Made by a program: the position numbers and the translations under genes
The notes under the pieces: generated by a model
What the model was told of the DNA's origin: nothing
Seen by the model: only the letters and a program-made list of their open reading frames with translations
The model's database searches: none
Assembly (NCBI GenBank): GCA_951406725.2
Contig: OX597831.1
Span: 11,780,001 to 11,844,000 of the forward strand
Reading direction: 5' to 3'
Length of the DNA stretch: 64,000 nt
DNA from: Octopus vulgaris
Taxonomy: Eukaryota
Shown: positions 1-14,247 of the stretch, in pieces
Position numbering within the stretch: the stretch's first letter is position 1
How the letters are laid out: the number at the start of each line of letters is the position of its first letter

Positions 1-812
1 TATGCGTGTGTTTGTGTGTGTGTATGCGTGTGTACGTGTTTGTGTGTGTGTATGTGTGTGTGTACGTGTGTTTGTGTGTGTATATATGTGTGTACGTGTG
101 TTTGTGTGTGTATATGTGCGTTTATGTGTATGTGTGCGTGTACGTGTGTTTGTGTGTGTTTGCGTGTGTGCGTGTGTTTGTGTGTGTGTATATATGTGTG
201 TATGTGTGTGTGAATGTTTGTGTGTACGTGTGTCTGTGTGTGTATATGTGTGTTTATGTGTATGTGTGCGTTTATATGTGTGCATGTGTGGGTTTGTGTG
301 TGTGTATATATATATGCGTGTGTATATGTGTGTGTATGTGTGTGTATTTGTGTGTGTATGTCTGTGTTGCTGTGTATGTGTGTGTGCGTACGTGTGTTTG
401 TGTGTGTATAAGTGTGTCTGTGTGTGTATATGTGTGCGTTTATGTGTGTGTATGTTTGCATTTCTGTGTGTGTATGTGTGTGTTTCTGTGTGTTTGTTTG
501 TGTGTGTGGATATGTGGGTTTGTGTGTGTGTTTGTGTGTATTTGAGTGCATTTCTGTGTGTGTATGTGTGTGTGTGTGTTTGTGTGTGTTGTTTTTGTGT
601 GTGTGTGTGTGTTTGTATGTGTGTGTTTATGTATGTGTTCATGGGCGTGCGTGTGTGTGTGTGTGCATGTCTGTGTGTTTGTTTGTGTGTGTTTGAGTGT
701 GTGTATGTGTGTTTGATGGAGTGATTCTATGTACATGTTTATGAGAGTGTCTGTGGTTTTGGATGTGTATGCGTGTGTGCGTGTGTGAGTGTGTGTATGT
801 GTGTAATTATGT
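1..812. repeat. Degenerate (TG)n/(TGTA)n microsatellite tract
   Basis: Continuous imperfect TG repeat; overlapping ORFs are only V/C/Y/M repeats. Confidence 0.95.
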
Positions 813-1377
813 TTCCGCATAAATGCGTTTGAGTGTATGCATGTATACGAGTTTCATTTCTGTGGCCGGTTATATATATATATATATACACTCTGTCTGG
901 GCGCGCGCACGCGTTTGTTTGCTTGCGTTTGTTCACCTGTTTGTGATGTTTATATACTTTCGAATGCGTGCGTGTCTGAGCACAGGTAGATAGATGGAAA
1001 GAGCGACAGACAGACAGACAGACAGATTGACAGATAGATAGATTAATGTACACATATTTTTGCGTGTGTGTATATGAATATACATACACACACGCGTACT
1101 TATATACGTGACTACATTTGTGTGTACACCAAATATATATACACTTACCTTTGTAAATATACATATATGCATATATATTTTATATATATATATATGTATA
1201 TTAGGTGTACATAGATATATACACGCAAATGTATAAATATATGAATATATATATATATCGTATGTATAAGTATATATACATTCTTGTGTATATATATATA
1301 CATGAATATTCTTTCATTCTTTTACTTGTTCAGTCATTAGACTGCGGCCTTGCCGGAGCACCACCTAACTTAATATA

Positions 1378-1438
<61 letters not shown>

Positions 1439-1904
1439 CATATATACATATATACATATATATACATTTGTATACATCCATCCATCCATCCATCCATCCA
1501 TCATACATACATACATACATACATACATACATACATACGTACATACATACATACATACAAACACACATACATACATACATACATACATACATACATACAT
1601 ACACACATACATACATACATACATACATACATACATACATACATACATACAAACACACATACAAACACACATACACACATACATACATACATATATAGAT
1701 ACATACATACATACATACATACATACATTCATACATACATACATACATACATACATACATACATACATACATACACGCATACATATGGCAGAATCGATAA
1801 TCTTTATCAGCCCGGAGAAAATGCTTAACCGTATATCTCCCGGCTTTACGTTCAGGTTTCAAAGGCTTTCCATCCCATCGTGGATCAATTAAATAAGTAC
1901 CAAA

Positions 1905-2113
1905 GGCGGTGAGCTGGGTGAATACGTTAGCACGCCGGGCGAAATGCTTAGCGGTATTTTGTTGCTGTTCGGAATTCAAATTCCGCCGAGGTCGATTTTG
2001 CCTTTCATCCTTTCGGGGTCGATAAATTAAGTACAGTTGTGTACTGGAGTCAGTCAAATCGACTGGCTCCCTCTCCAAACATTTCGGGCCTTGCGCCTAG
2101 AGTAGAAAAGGAT
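1905..2113 (+). mobile_element. tRNA-derived SINE, family A
   Basis: Head ggcggtgagctgg..., B-box-like aattcaaattcc, body gcctttcatcctttcggggtcgataaattaagtac, tail ccttgcgcctagagtagaaaagg. Many copies in the window; appears nested in an older A relic starting ~1786. Confidence 0.85.
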
Positions 2114-2160
2114 AAAATAAATACCAGTTGAGCTCTAGTTATCAACGGGTGGCACCATCT

Positions 2161-2315
2161 AGGCGCAGGCGTAGCTATGTTTGTTTCCCAACCACATGTT
2201 TCTGGGTTCAGTCCCACTGCGTAGTACCTTGGGCAAGTGTCTTCTACTCTACACTCAGACGGGCCAAATCCTTGTGAGTGGATTTGGTAGACGGAAACTG
2301 ACCGAAGCCCATCGT
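2161..2315 (+). mobile_element. SINE family B, 5' half (tRNA head + CORE-like segment)
   Basis: aggcgcaggcgtagct...gggttcagtcccactgcg...accttgggcaagtgtcttct; matches copies at 8851, 9545-9933 and 60340-60730. Confidence 0.8.
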
Positions 2316-2321
2316 CACCAA

Positions 2322-2494
2322 TATTCCTTTCTACTCTAGGCCCAAGGCCAGCGGTGGCGGAGGTTCAGAAGTCAACTGGTCATTACCAATACGGTCGGTC
2401 GTCTGCGGCGGAATTTAAACTCAGAATGTAAAGACGGACGAAATGCCAATAATCATTTTGTCCGGTACGCTAATGATTCTGCCACCTCGCCGCC
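2322..2494 (-). mobile_element. SINE family A, diverged copy
   Basis: Reverse complement of the A head (ctgccacctcgccgcc) and tail (ttctactctagg). Confidence 0.7.
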
Positions 2495-2755
2495 ATATTG
2501 TTCCCCAATATCAAATGTTCACACTTTTTTTTCCATCATTCGTTCTGCCTTTTCTCTCTTTCTTCATCTTCTTCTTCTTCTTCTTCTTCTTCTTCTTCTT
2601 CTTCTTCTTCTTCTTCTTCTTCTTCTTTTCTTTCTTCTTTCTTCTCCTTCTTCTTCGTCTATTCCCTCATCATCACTTTCTTTGTCTTCTACCATTCCCA
2701 CAAAAAAACAACAACACCCCGACCACTGCCTCCACCACCACCACCAACATCACCC

Positions 2756-2800
<45 letters not shown>

Positions 2801-3141
2801 TCACCACCACCACCATTTCGTTCCTCTTCTACGTCGAAAGAACTTGAAAGTCTGTCTCCATCGCAATTCTTGTCGTGAATGTCATCTCGATTGCTGCCGT
2901 TGATTTTGGCTCCGTTATTTCCCAGTCTTTCTGTTACGGGCTGTTGCTCTTCTTCATCTTGTTGCTCTTGGGATTGTCAATGATGGTGTTGTTGTTGTTG
3001 TTGTTGCTGCTGTAGTGGCTGATGCTGTTGTGATTGTTGCTGCTGCAACACTTGCACCTGTTGCTGAGGTTGTTGATGATGTTGCTGTTGTTGTTGAAGT
3101 GGACATCGTTAATATTAATGCCATCAATATATACATACACG

Positions 3142-3218
<77 letters not shown>

Positions 3219-3474
3219 ATATACACATATATATATATATACACACACACATATATATGTACATACACATATATATATATTTATATATATATATGTGTGT
3301 GTGTGTATGCATATATATATATATATATATATATGTATCTATGTATGTGTATATATATATATGGATCAAACACTTTCCTTCAAATGTTTATATATGCATA
3401 TATATATACATACATACACACATATATTTATGTGTATATGTATATTTATAAATACATAAATATTCATAAATATT

Positions 3475-3759
3475 CAGAGGACCACAGCTCTTTAACATCC
3501 TCCCTAAATGCCTGAGAGACTTACATGGTGTGGATGTGGGTTTCTTTAAAACTAAACTGGATCTCTTCTTGTTGGGAGTCCCAGATGAACCTACCTCACG
3601 ACAGGAGACACGGATGCGGGCAGCAGCATCGAACTCCCTTGTTGATCAAGTGCCACGTATCAGAGGTGGATTCACAAACTAGTGTAGCTCATTCAGCGGT
3701 GGTGCCCCAGCATGGCCGCGGCCTTCGGGCTAAAACATTTTTAAGGATTTAAGGATTTA
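3475..3759 (+). mobile_element. 3' end of a CR1/L2-group LINE (ORF2 C-terminus, 3'UTR, tail)
   Basis: Translates to [18 protein letters not shown]...KTKLDLFLLGVPDEP..., parallel to GPALFNIVPK...FLQGIPDKP in the LINE at 23894-24283; ends with ggtggtgccccagcatggcc, a hairpin and (taaggatt) repeats. Confidence 0.75.
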
Positions 3760-3815
3760 TTCATATATATACACACATACGCATATATATATATACATAC
3801 GTACATATATATATG

Positions 3816-3886
<71 letters not shown>

Positions 3887-3983
3887 TTATATACATAATT
3901 ATATATATATACCAATGTATATATAATTATATATATATATATGTATAAGTATCTTTATATATATAAATCTGTATATGTATACG

Positions 3984-4015
<32 letters not shown>

Positions 4016-4069
4016 CATACATACATACAAACATACATACATACATACATACATACATACATACATACA

Positions 4070-4103
<34 letters not shown>

Positions 4104-4621
4104 CGTATCTATATATCATATAAACAAGAAGACACCAAGAATAGTGGAATGTAATAACGGATCGAACCATGGGTGTATCATTTTTAGTAATAGATACATC
4201 CAATAGCCTATTCTAATACAGTATAATTACGATTAATTAATTAGTAGGTAGCTGTATAGCACAGACTTTATCTGAAAGGTAGGAGGGAGTCAATGATTCA
4301 GATGAACTCTACTTATGTGTGTATATGCGTGTGTCTGTGTGTATATATATATACATGTATATATATGTATATATATATACATACGTATATATATATGTAA
4401 GTATTTATGTACGTACGTTCGTGCGTGTATATATGTGTGTATTTGTATATATGTACATATATGATTTTGTAAATATGTAACTTAATATATGTGTACACAG
4501 ATAAATAAATAGATAGATATAAATATATATATATATATGTGTGTGTATATATATGTATATGATACATATATAAATATGTATCATATACATAGATATATGC
4601 ATATATATATATTTATACATA

Positions 4622-4658
<37 letters not shown>

Positions 4659-4789
4659 TATATATATATAATAAATCTTTAGTTAAATATATTCAATGTG
4701 AATATTATATACTGAATTTATATTGAGTGCTCTATTGTATCAAATTATTAATACTATTAACGTATTTATATATGCATATATATATATAA

Positions 4790-4837
<48 letters not shown>

Positions 4838-5144
4838 CATATAATATACATATATATATATATATATATATACATATATATTTATATACATATATATACA
4901 TATATATATATGTATAAATATACATATTTATATTAACACATATGTTGTTTGTGTATTTGTGTATGTACATACTTATGTATGTGCAAATATGTATAGGTGT
5001 ATATATCTATATATATATGTATTTACATGTGTATATATATATATATATATAACATGTATAAATATATATTCAGGTACATATATATATATATACATTTATT
5101 ATGTATGTGTGTGTGTGTGCGTGTGAATGTGTATGTGTGTGTGT

Positions 5145-5220
<76 letters not shown>

Positions 5221-5619
5221 ATGCATGAATGGATATATATAAGCATGCATGTATGTATATGCTTGCGAATCACACAAACACGCGCAAACACATCCATGTA
5301 TCTGATGGGGTAAGCAATATTTTTTTTTGTCAATCGCAAGTTTCAAAGTTCGAATCCATTGCTAGACATCTTGGTTATAAATTTTTCCACATATTCTCAG
5401 GTTGGCCCACGTCTCACAGGATGAACCTAGGCGAATGGAAACTGTACGGAAGACTGTCGGTAATTCAAATGCGGATGTTATCACTGATCCTTGTTGACTC
5501 TGCCGGAGTATCGCATTCAAAATTCCCTGGTGTTTGACAGTGGAATACTAGGAATACTCAGCCACATAGACATTGATTGTCAGAGGATGTAGATCAGTTG
5601 ATCAAGCGGTTGAATACTC

Positions 5620-5997
5620 ATGGCATGGTAAGCAGCTTGCTTACCAATCACATCGTTCCAGGTTCAGTCCCACTGCGTGGCATCTTAGGTTAGTGTTTTC
5701 TACTATAGCGTTGGGCCGACCAAAGCCTTATAAGTGGATTTGGTAGACGGAAATTGAAAGAAGCCCGTCGTATATATATATATATGTTTGTGTGTCTGTA
5801 TTTGTCCCCCAACATCGCTTGACAGCCGATGCTAGTGTGTTAACGTCCCCGTAACCGAGCGGTTCGGCAAAAGAACCGATTGAATAAGTACTAGGCTTAC
5901 GGAGAATAAGTCCTGAGATCGATTTATTCGAGTAAATGCGGTGCACCAGCATGGCCGCAGTCAAATGATTGAAACAAATAAAAGAATAAAAGAATAT
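5620..5997 (+). mobile_element. SINE family B, near full length, with internal (TA)n/(TG)n
   Basis: Head ggttcagtcccactgcgtggca, internal microsatellite, tail gcggtgcaccagcatggccgcagtcaaatgattgaaac-aaataaaagaataaaag. Confidence 0.85.
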
Positions 5998-6080
5998 GTC
6001 TATCAATCTATTTATATATATACACATACATACACACATGTTTATATAGTTGGCGCGTGAGTCTATGTCTGGGAATTGTG

Positions 6081-6116
<36 letters not shown>

Positions 6117-6210
6117 CGCGTGTGTGTGTGTTTGTAATATATATATATATATCTGTATATATGCATGTGTATATGGGTATATATATATATATATATGGGT
6201 ATATATATAC

Positions 6211-6360
6211 CGGTGCCCCAGCATGGCGGTGCCCCAGCATGGCCACAGCTCATAAGCTGAAACTGGAAAAATCAAAATCAAAATCATATACATACATATC
6301 GGTGCCCCAGCATGGCCACAGCTCATAAGCTGAAACTAGAATCAATCAATCAATCAATCA
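6211..6360 (+). mobile_element. Two very short 5'-truncated LINE/SINE 3'-end insertions
   Basis: cggtgccccagcatggccacagctcataagctgaaact occurs twice, followed by (aaaatc)n and (aatc)n tails, inside a (TA)n tract. Confidence 0.7.
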
Positions 6361-6437
6361 TATATACATATATATATATATATACACATATATATGTATA
6401 TATATATATATACATATATATGTATATATATATATAC

Positions 6438-6477
<40 letters not shown>

Positions 6478-8110
6478 ATATGTATATATACATGTGTCCA
6501 TGTATGTATTTATGCGCATGTATACTTATATATTTATATTGATATATATAAACGCACACACATATATATACACACATATACACATATATATGTATGCATG
6601 GTTGCATGTATGTATGAATGAACGTAGGTACACATGGAAGCAAGTATGTTCCTGTCGAGCTAATTAGATGCCAATACGAATCGTTATCCATTTCTTCCTC
6701 CTCTTACTACCACTCTTCCTTTCCTACAACTGCCATTCTTTCTCTTTCACCTTCTCCTCCTCCCTCTACTCACCATACCTTTCCTTCGCCTGCTTCTGCA
6801 TCCCGCCAAACACACGCACACACAACTACGCTTTCATGGCTGTAGCATCACCACCAACACCACAACCAGCAGCAGCAGCAGCAACAGCAGTAGCAGTAGT
6901 AGTAGCAGTAGTAGTAGTAGTAGGATCGGAGTAGTAGCACGGTTTTCTCACAGGTGGAAACAATGACGCCAGGCAGGAAAGAGGCGAGGCCGGTATTAGA
7001 GGTGGAGAGAAAGACACGGCGGAGGAGGGGCCAGGTAGGAGGGTGTCAATAGGAGAGAGAGAGAGAGAGAGAGAGAGGTACGTGTGAGGAGGAGGAGGAG
7101 GAGGAGGAGGAGGGAGTAGTAGTGATGTGAAGAGGGGGGATGAGTGCAAGTTAAAGAGAGGGTGGAGCGGTGAATGGTGGTGGTGGTGGTGGTGGTGGTG
7201 GAGGAGAGTCGTTTACTGGAAGAGGTTGTATGAAGATGTATGAAAACAAAGACACAGGTGAGAAAAGAACGGGTGGAAATGGGAGTGGTGGGGGTTGGGT
7301 GGTGAGGTGGTCGTCGTAGTGGTGGCGGCGGCGACGGAAGTGGTGCTGGTGGTGGTGCTGGTGGTGGTGCTGGTGGTGGTGCTGGTAGTGGTGCTGGTGG
7401 TGGTGGTGGTGGTGGTGGTGGTGGTGGTGGTGCGTGATGGAAATAAGAGGAAATTAAAGGTGAGCTGATGATAGGTCGGGGTATTTATAATGATGATTAA
7501 AAGAAATAAAGGGGGTGGGGGAAAAACAGGAAAGGAAGGAGAAAGAAGGACGAGAGTAGATATCAAAGTAAAGACTTTATTGGTGGGAGGAGGTGGGGTC
7601 AGAAAGAGAAGATTGGGAAATAAGAAAAGAATAAAACGGTTTGATTTCTAATATAAGCACAAGATCCGGCATTTTGGTAAAATCGAACGGAACAAATAGA
7701 TTCCGGTCAGTTCTAAATCGATCTTTATATTTTATCGATATTCTCTCCTCTTCCTGTAAAATTGAAACTCCGATTATGAATCGGAGATGATTATAAGAAA
7801 CTGTTTTGTTGCTCTATTGACTCTGTCCTTAGATAATTCGACGGCGAACCGATAAGACTGTAAGCGCGTCGAACAAAAACGATGCTTCTTCCGACTCGTT
7901 ACGTTCTGAGTTCAAATTCTGCTGAGTTTGGCATTGCTTTTACATGCTCGGATCGATAAAATATGCACTGTTTGAGTCCTGGGACCAATGCTATCGACTC
8001 GCGCTTTTTTTTTTTTTATTATTAAAAGTGCTGGCCTTCTGCCAAAAATTAACATGTGTGTGTGTGTGCGTGTGTGTGTGTAGATAGATAGATTCATACA
8101 TACATACATT

Positions 8111-8183
<73 letters not shown>

Positions 8184-8245
8184 GTAGGTAGGTAGGTAGA
8201 TAGATAGGTAGGTAGGTAGGTATGTAGGTAGGTAGGTAGGTAGAT

Positions 8246-8320
<75 letters not shown>
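8111..8320. repeat. (GATA)n/(GGTA)n tetranucleotide tract
   Basis: Direct inspection. Confidence 0.95.
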
Positions 8321-8387
8321 TGCTTCTCTTTGTATTGTCTCCCTCATCCATCACCCTTGTGGCAAATAAATGAAATAATAGTAAAAC

Positions 8388-8410
8388 TAATAATAATAAT
8401 AATAATAATA

Positions 8411-8478
<68 letters not shown>

Positions 8479-8480
8479 CA

Positions 8481-8520
<40 letters not shown>

Positions 8521-8524
8521 CATC

Positions 8525-8601
<77 letters not shown>

Positions 8602-8610
8602 CATTATTAT
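8388..8610. repeat. (AAT)n switching to (ATT)n trinucleotide tract
   Basis: Direct inspection; source of the poly-Ile ORFs. Confidence 0.95.
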
Positions 8611-8850
8611 AAACAGAAATATTTAATAAAGAATTGAGACCTGCTAGTAATTAAGTGCGAAACTGTTGCACCAGACCACAGCAACACCGTGCGGAGAGTT
8701 TGGGGCTTCAACGTCAGGAATGTTTTTATCTTTTCATGAAACTGGACGTTTCGTACCGCCAAAGGGTTACGCCTGAAGAGCCATAATTTTCATTTGTCTT
8801 CCTCACGGCAAACTGTTTCATTTGAATTTGTGAAAATTCTCTACCTAAAT

Positions 8851-9505
8851 AGGCGCAGGCGTAGCTGTGTGGAAATAAGCTTGCTTCCCTACCACATGGT
8901 TCCGAGTTCAATCCCACTGCCTGGCACCTTGGTCAAGTGTCTGCTACTCGGATGACCAAAGCCTTGTAAGTGGACTTAGTAGACGGTAACCAAAAGAAGC
9001 TCGTCATATATGCATATATGTATATAATAGGGCAGACTCGTTAGCACGCCGGGCGAAATGCTTAGCGGTATTTTGTCTGTCGTTATGTTCTGAGTTCAAA
9101 GTCCGCCGAGGTCGACTTTGCCTTTCATCCTTTCCAGGTCGATAAACAAAGTACCAGTTTCGCACTGGGGTCGATGTAATCGACTTAATCCGTTTGTCTG
9201 TCCTTGTTTGTCCCCTCTATGTTTAGCCCCTTGTGGGCAATAAAGAAATATATATATATGTATGTATATATCTGTGTGTGTGTGTGTGTGTATGTCTTTG
9301 TGTTTGTGTTTGACCTCCCCCATCACCTGTTGACAGTCGGTGTTGGCGTATTTATGTTCCCGTAACTTTGCGGTTCAGCAAAAGAGATTCGTAGAATAAG
9401 AACTAGGCTTATCAAATAAGTTCTGGAATCGCTTTGTTCGATTAACAGCCCCTCAAGGAGGTGCTACAGCATGGCCTCAGTCAAATGACTGAAACAAGAG
9501 TAAAA
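8851..9505 (+). mobile_element. SINE B with a SINE A (~9030-9250) nested in its internal microsatellite
   Basis: B head 8851-9010, A copy ending ccccttgtgggcaataaagaaata, then B tail ending cagtcaaatgactgaaac. Confidence 0.8.
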
Positions 9506-9544
9506 AAAATGTCTCCCTTTTCAGATTCAACCACGTGACTTCAA

Positions 9545-9933
9545 TTTTATTCTTTTTCTTTATTCTTTTACTTGTTTCAGTCATTTGATTGCGGCCATGC
9601 TGGAGCACCGCCTTTAGTCGAACAAATTGACCCCAGCCGAGTACATATTCTATCGCACGCTTTTGTCGAAACGCTAAGTTACAGGGACGTAAACACACCA
9701 ATATCGGTTGTCAAGCGATGGTGTGGACACAAACACACACACACACACACATACACATATATACATATACGACAAGCTTCTTTCAGTTTCCGTCTACCAA
9801 ATCCACTCACAAGGCTTTGGTCGGCCCGAGGCTATAGTAGAAGACACTTGCCCAAGGTGCTACACAGTGGGACTGAACCCGGAACGATGTGGTTGGTAAG
9901 GAAGCTACTTACCACACAGCCATTGCTGTGTCT
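9545..9933 (-). mobile_element. SINE family B, full length
   Basis: Reverse complement of B with tail, internal (CA)n and head (cagtgggactgaacccgg). Confidence 0.85.
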
Positions 9934-10029
9934 AGTTTGATCCAGTTTGTTTCATTTGGTTTCGCGCTCAGGAGCAGGAAGCTGAGCTGGATGCTACAAT
10001 TACAGCTACGGACACCGTAACGCACAGAT

Positions 10030-10420
10030 CCAGAATTGGATCTTCAGAAAAACAGAGTTTATAAAAAAAAATGCCAACCTCGCTGTCTCCAAATACAATT
10101 CGTTTTTTTGTGCCTGTCCTCATCAATGACCATGTATCTTGAGAAATGATGTAAACAGTATGATCATGAATATACAAACGGCCGAAATGGGTTTTTGCTC
10201 CAAAGGGTCTCTTGAGAAACCTTACTTAATAGCGTCCGTAGCTCGGAGATCAGGGAGTCTCTGCAAGTCGAACCGATGTTTGTCTACATTGAGATATCAC
10301 TGCACCGTTTTTACGAAAGCGCTATTAGAATGTCACAAGAAAGAACGGTTAGGTGGATTCTTCAAGCTGCGTCAACAGGCAGGTCATGGTTGGAGAATAT
10401 CCACAGTCTTGGAAATCTAA
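10030..10420 (+). pseudogene. Decayed RTE-clade LINE ORF fragment (post-RT region)
   Basis: Frameshifted pieces read PVLINDH...IQTAEMGF...VRSSEIRESLQVEPM..YIE, resembling the RTE/Expander pattern IQAAEMGFLRR...VRSSEIRE.L.VEPL. Confidence 0.6.
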
Positions 10421-11162
10421 CAGGATAGTATAACGAAGGTTGCTTCTGAGAGGACCCTATGGGGAAGGGGTCAGAGGATTCTTTCTCTCCAAACAACCTA
10501 TGAATAGTGCACGAAGTTGGATGGGTGACTCAGTTCGTGTTGCTGTCTTACCTCAGCTGGGTTTTATTCTCTATAAAAAGTTTCTCAAATATAATACACT
10601 GAGTTTAATAATTTCGATCAAGTAAAATTATCCTTATAATTAGTGGATAAAATTCTCCATTGGCCTATAAACTGGTTTTTAACTATGATTGTTGTACTCA
10701 TTTTTGACAATAAAATTTGCAAGAACCGATTTAATTTTCCAAATTTTTTCCGATTTGATTTTAGATCGCAGAAACTCTGAACAAGTACTAACGACTTTGA
10801 CAATTTACCACCAATATTTGCTATTTGCATCGTGTTTATTTTTCATGCCACATCAAGGAACTAGTGGGGAGGGGAGGAGTCTAGTAATGGACAAACTACC
10901 CGGTGACATAGGATTTGAAATGGTCCACAATCACTGTAGTTTGTACGGGCTCGCATTATATCCTCTGCTAATTCATTTAAGCGCACCTATTCAGACGAAA
11001 TCCAATGCGGAGAGGACTAAGACATTTCCATTCACTGAATGAAGACACCCTCCTACACGCCATTTGACTTTTTATTCTACTGGTTCAATCTTGTATCAGT
11101 CTCTTGTCTCACAATTGCATGAGATTAATTTTGTTTGGAAAGTTCTTCAGGAATGATTGATA

Positions 11163-11686
11163 CGAGGCTGAGTCAAAAGGTAATACCATTTTGTGTAGGA
11201 CAGGTATAATTCCCAACACAGGAACATGTATCATACATCAAAATGAAGTTGGACCTCTGTGGATCATATCTCTACTTCTCAACATAGTCACCGTTTCTAT
11301 CAATAGCAATGTTCCACCTTCGAATGAGAGCCTGTATCCCTGCCCCGTAAAATTCTGTTGACTGTTCTTTGAGCCACTTCTCTAATTTAGCGCCTATCAG
11401 CTCTTCGGCCCCATAGAAGGGTGTTTGAGAGGCAAACATTATTCCAGTGACGAGGAAGTGAAAACTGAAGGGAAGAAGTGGCTCAAACAACAGTCAACAG
11501 AATTTTACAGGACAGGGATACATGCTCTCATTCGAAGGTGGAATATTGCTATTGAGAGAAATGGTGACTATGTTCAGAAGTAGGGATGTGATCCACAGAG
11601 GACCAGCTTCATTTTGATGTATGATACATGTATTGGTAATTATATCTGTCCTAAACAAAATAACATTGCTTTTTGACTCTCCTTCG
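11163..11686. mobile_element. Palindromic non-autonomous mariner derivative (two inverted 3' ends)
   Basis: TA at 11161-62 and 11687-88; termini cgaggctgagtcaaaag...cttttgactctccttcg; ~215-bp inverted arms carrying the mariner transposase C-terminus (KWLKEQSTEFY.AGI.ALIRRWNIAI.RNGDYVEK); spacer encodes LRGKHYSSDEEVKT. Confidence 0.85.
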
Positions 11687-12529
11687 TATTAACGTATTTC
11701 CTCATCTTAATCTTCTTGATATTTGTAGATATCCATGAAATGGAGGAAATAGCACATCAAATATCTGCTCCTGTTATTAATATCCTCGAGGGCAGTGAAT
11801 TGGTAGAGGTTATAATTCCAGGATTTTGCATTCTGAGTTCAAATCTCGCCGAGATCAACTTTGTTTTTCATTGATCAAGGGTCAATAAAATGAGGCATCT
11901 GTCAAAATATTGTAATCAATGTAAACGAATGTTTCCCTCTATCCAAATTCTTGGCTGTGCGTTTCTACTAGAAATGATTAAGGATGGTAAACAGGCAGAA
12001 TGGTTAGAACATCGCACAAGAAAACCCCACTGATGTCAGTATTTCTTTTCATCCCTCCGGAGCCGGCCATATGAAGTGCTGATCAAGATCTGGAGGCGCT
12101 GTAATCAACAACCACTGCCACACACAAAAAAAATCCAACCCTTGTGTGTATGTGAGAGACGGTTATTAATTATCAACGATGTAATTTTTGTTATGAAAGA
12201 TGTATCCCCTTCCGACCCCACTTCTTTTTCTCTTCCCTCTTTTCCAACTCGTCTCTGACATCCACTTCTTCTGACTAAACCCTTTTAATTCCTAATATCT
12301 ACAGGAAGGGGACGAAGTACTCGTCAGGGATTTTGTTAAAGGTACTTATCTCGCATTTCATGTTTCCGTCTTTGTGTTGTTGTATGAGTGAGGTGTATAT
12401 CTATCTACCTATCTATTTATTAATTTATCTAATTAATTTATCTAATTATACATACACACACACATCACATATGTGTATGTGTGAGTATATGTATATATGC
12501 ATATATGCAAACACACACGCACATTTATA

Positions 12530-13240
12530 GTTTAGCCGTCATACGCACAACAATTTGTTTGTTTCCTTCATCTTGGTGCCAGTCTGGTTGCGTGTAAGCA
12601 TAGAGACACTCTCGACTCTCCGAGCATTGAGCCAGCAGAAGATCGAGAATATGACCACCACCCGAGAAAGGAGAGCAGCAACAGAACTGAACTCGTACTC
12701 GTTTACAGCTGAGTGGACTGTGGTCACGTGAAATGAACAGCAATTTTTTCTACTCTAGGCACAAGGCCCGAAATTTATGGGGAAGGGACCAGTGGATTAC
12801 ATCGACCCCTGTACGCAACTGGTGCTTATTTATCGACCCTGAAAGTATAAAAAGAAACTCGACCTCGACGGAAGTTGAAGTCAGAACGTGAAGTCAGGCG
12901 AAATACCAATTTCTTTACAATCCACAAGTGCTAAACACAGAGGAGACAAATAAGGAGAGACAAACGGATTAAGTCGATTATATCGACCCCAGTGCGTAAC
13001 TGGTACTTAATTTATCGACCCCGAAAGGATGAAAGGCAAAGCCGAACTCAGCGGAATTTGAACTCAGAGCGTATCGGCAGACGAAATACCGCTAAGCATG
13101 TCGTCCGGCACGCTAACGTTTCTGCCAGCACGCCGCCTTGAACTGAAAAGCATTTCTGAAGGACACAACCTACCACCCAATCCAGGATTTGAACTCACAA
13201 TCTTATGATCGTGAGGTAAACATTCTTCTCACTAAGTCAT
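12530..13240 (-). mobile_element. SINE family C relic interrupted by a SINE-A dimer (12745-13137)
   Basis: cagctgagtggactg..cacgtgaaatgaa before, and ggacacaac...gaactcacaatcttatgatcgtgag after, match SINE C at 42170-42503; two A units lie between. Confidence 0.7.
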
Positions 13241-13253
13241 ATATGTATATATA

Positions 13254-13287
<34 letters not shown>

Positions 13288-13364
13288 TAGATAGATATAT
13301 ACACTGTATATATGTGTATGTATGTACATTATATACATGTTGTATACAATAAGAAATATGTTCC

Positions 13365-13419
<55 letters not shown>

Positions 13420-13452
13420 CATATAGGTAGATAGATAGATAGGTAGGTAGGT

Positions 13453-13486
<34 letters not shown>

Positions 13487-14115
13487 GTAGACAGACAGAC
13501 TGACAGATAGACAGAAAGAAAGAAAAAAGAAAGAAAGGTAGATAGATAGAGGGAATGAAGGAGCGATATGTCATGAACGTTTGAAGGAAAACAACTTCCA
13601 TTTTCCAAAAGTCCTGTATTAATAGAGTTAATACAAGTAGTTTGAGAAGTGTCTGTGTGCGAATGTGCATGTGTGGGTATATGCGGATCCGTGTGTGACT
13701 AGTTATACCGAGAGGGGGAGAGAAGGAGGGAGAGAAGGAGGGAGAGAAGGAGGGAGGGAGAGAGAGAGAGCAACAGAGAGGCGGAGAGCAATGTTTAATC
13801 TGAAAGTGATGTTTAACAATCTGTAAAAATACCATTATCGTGTGTTGCCAATGCTTCAATTATTTATTTTAACCATTTCTATTCCCCGCTTCTTTCTCTC
13901 CTTCTCTCCCACTCTCTACCTCTCTCTCTCTCCTTTCCTACCTCTCCCCCCTCTCACTCTCCCTCTTTACTTCTCTATTACTTTCTGGCATACGATATAA
14001 AGAAAACAAACACAAAACTCTTACCTTTAGCCTTTTTTTTATCGTCAGCCATTTTATCTGATATTTTTGTTGATATTACATACACTCACAATGCACACAC
14101 ACATACATACATATA

Positions 14116-14155
<40 letters not shown>

Positions 14156-14195
14156 TATATACATATATATATGTATATATGTATGTGTATGTGTG

Positions 14196-14247
<52 letters not shown>

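Noticed and set aside
2-1828. Long ORFs rich in V/C/Y or H/T/Y/I (and all similar ORFs in the window)
   Set aside because: Translations of stop-poor microsatellites, open in several frames on both strands.
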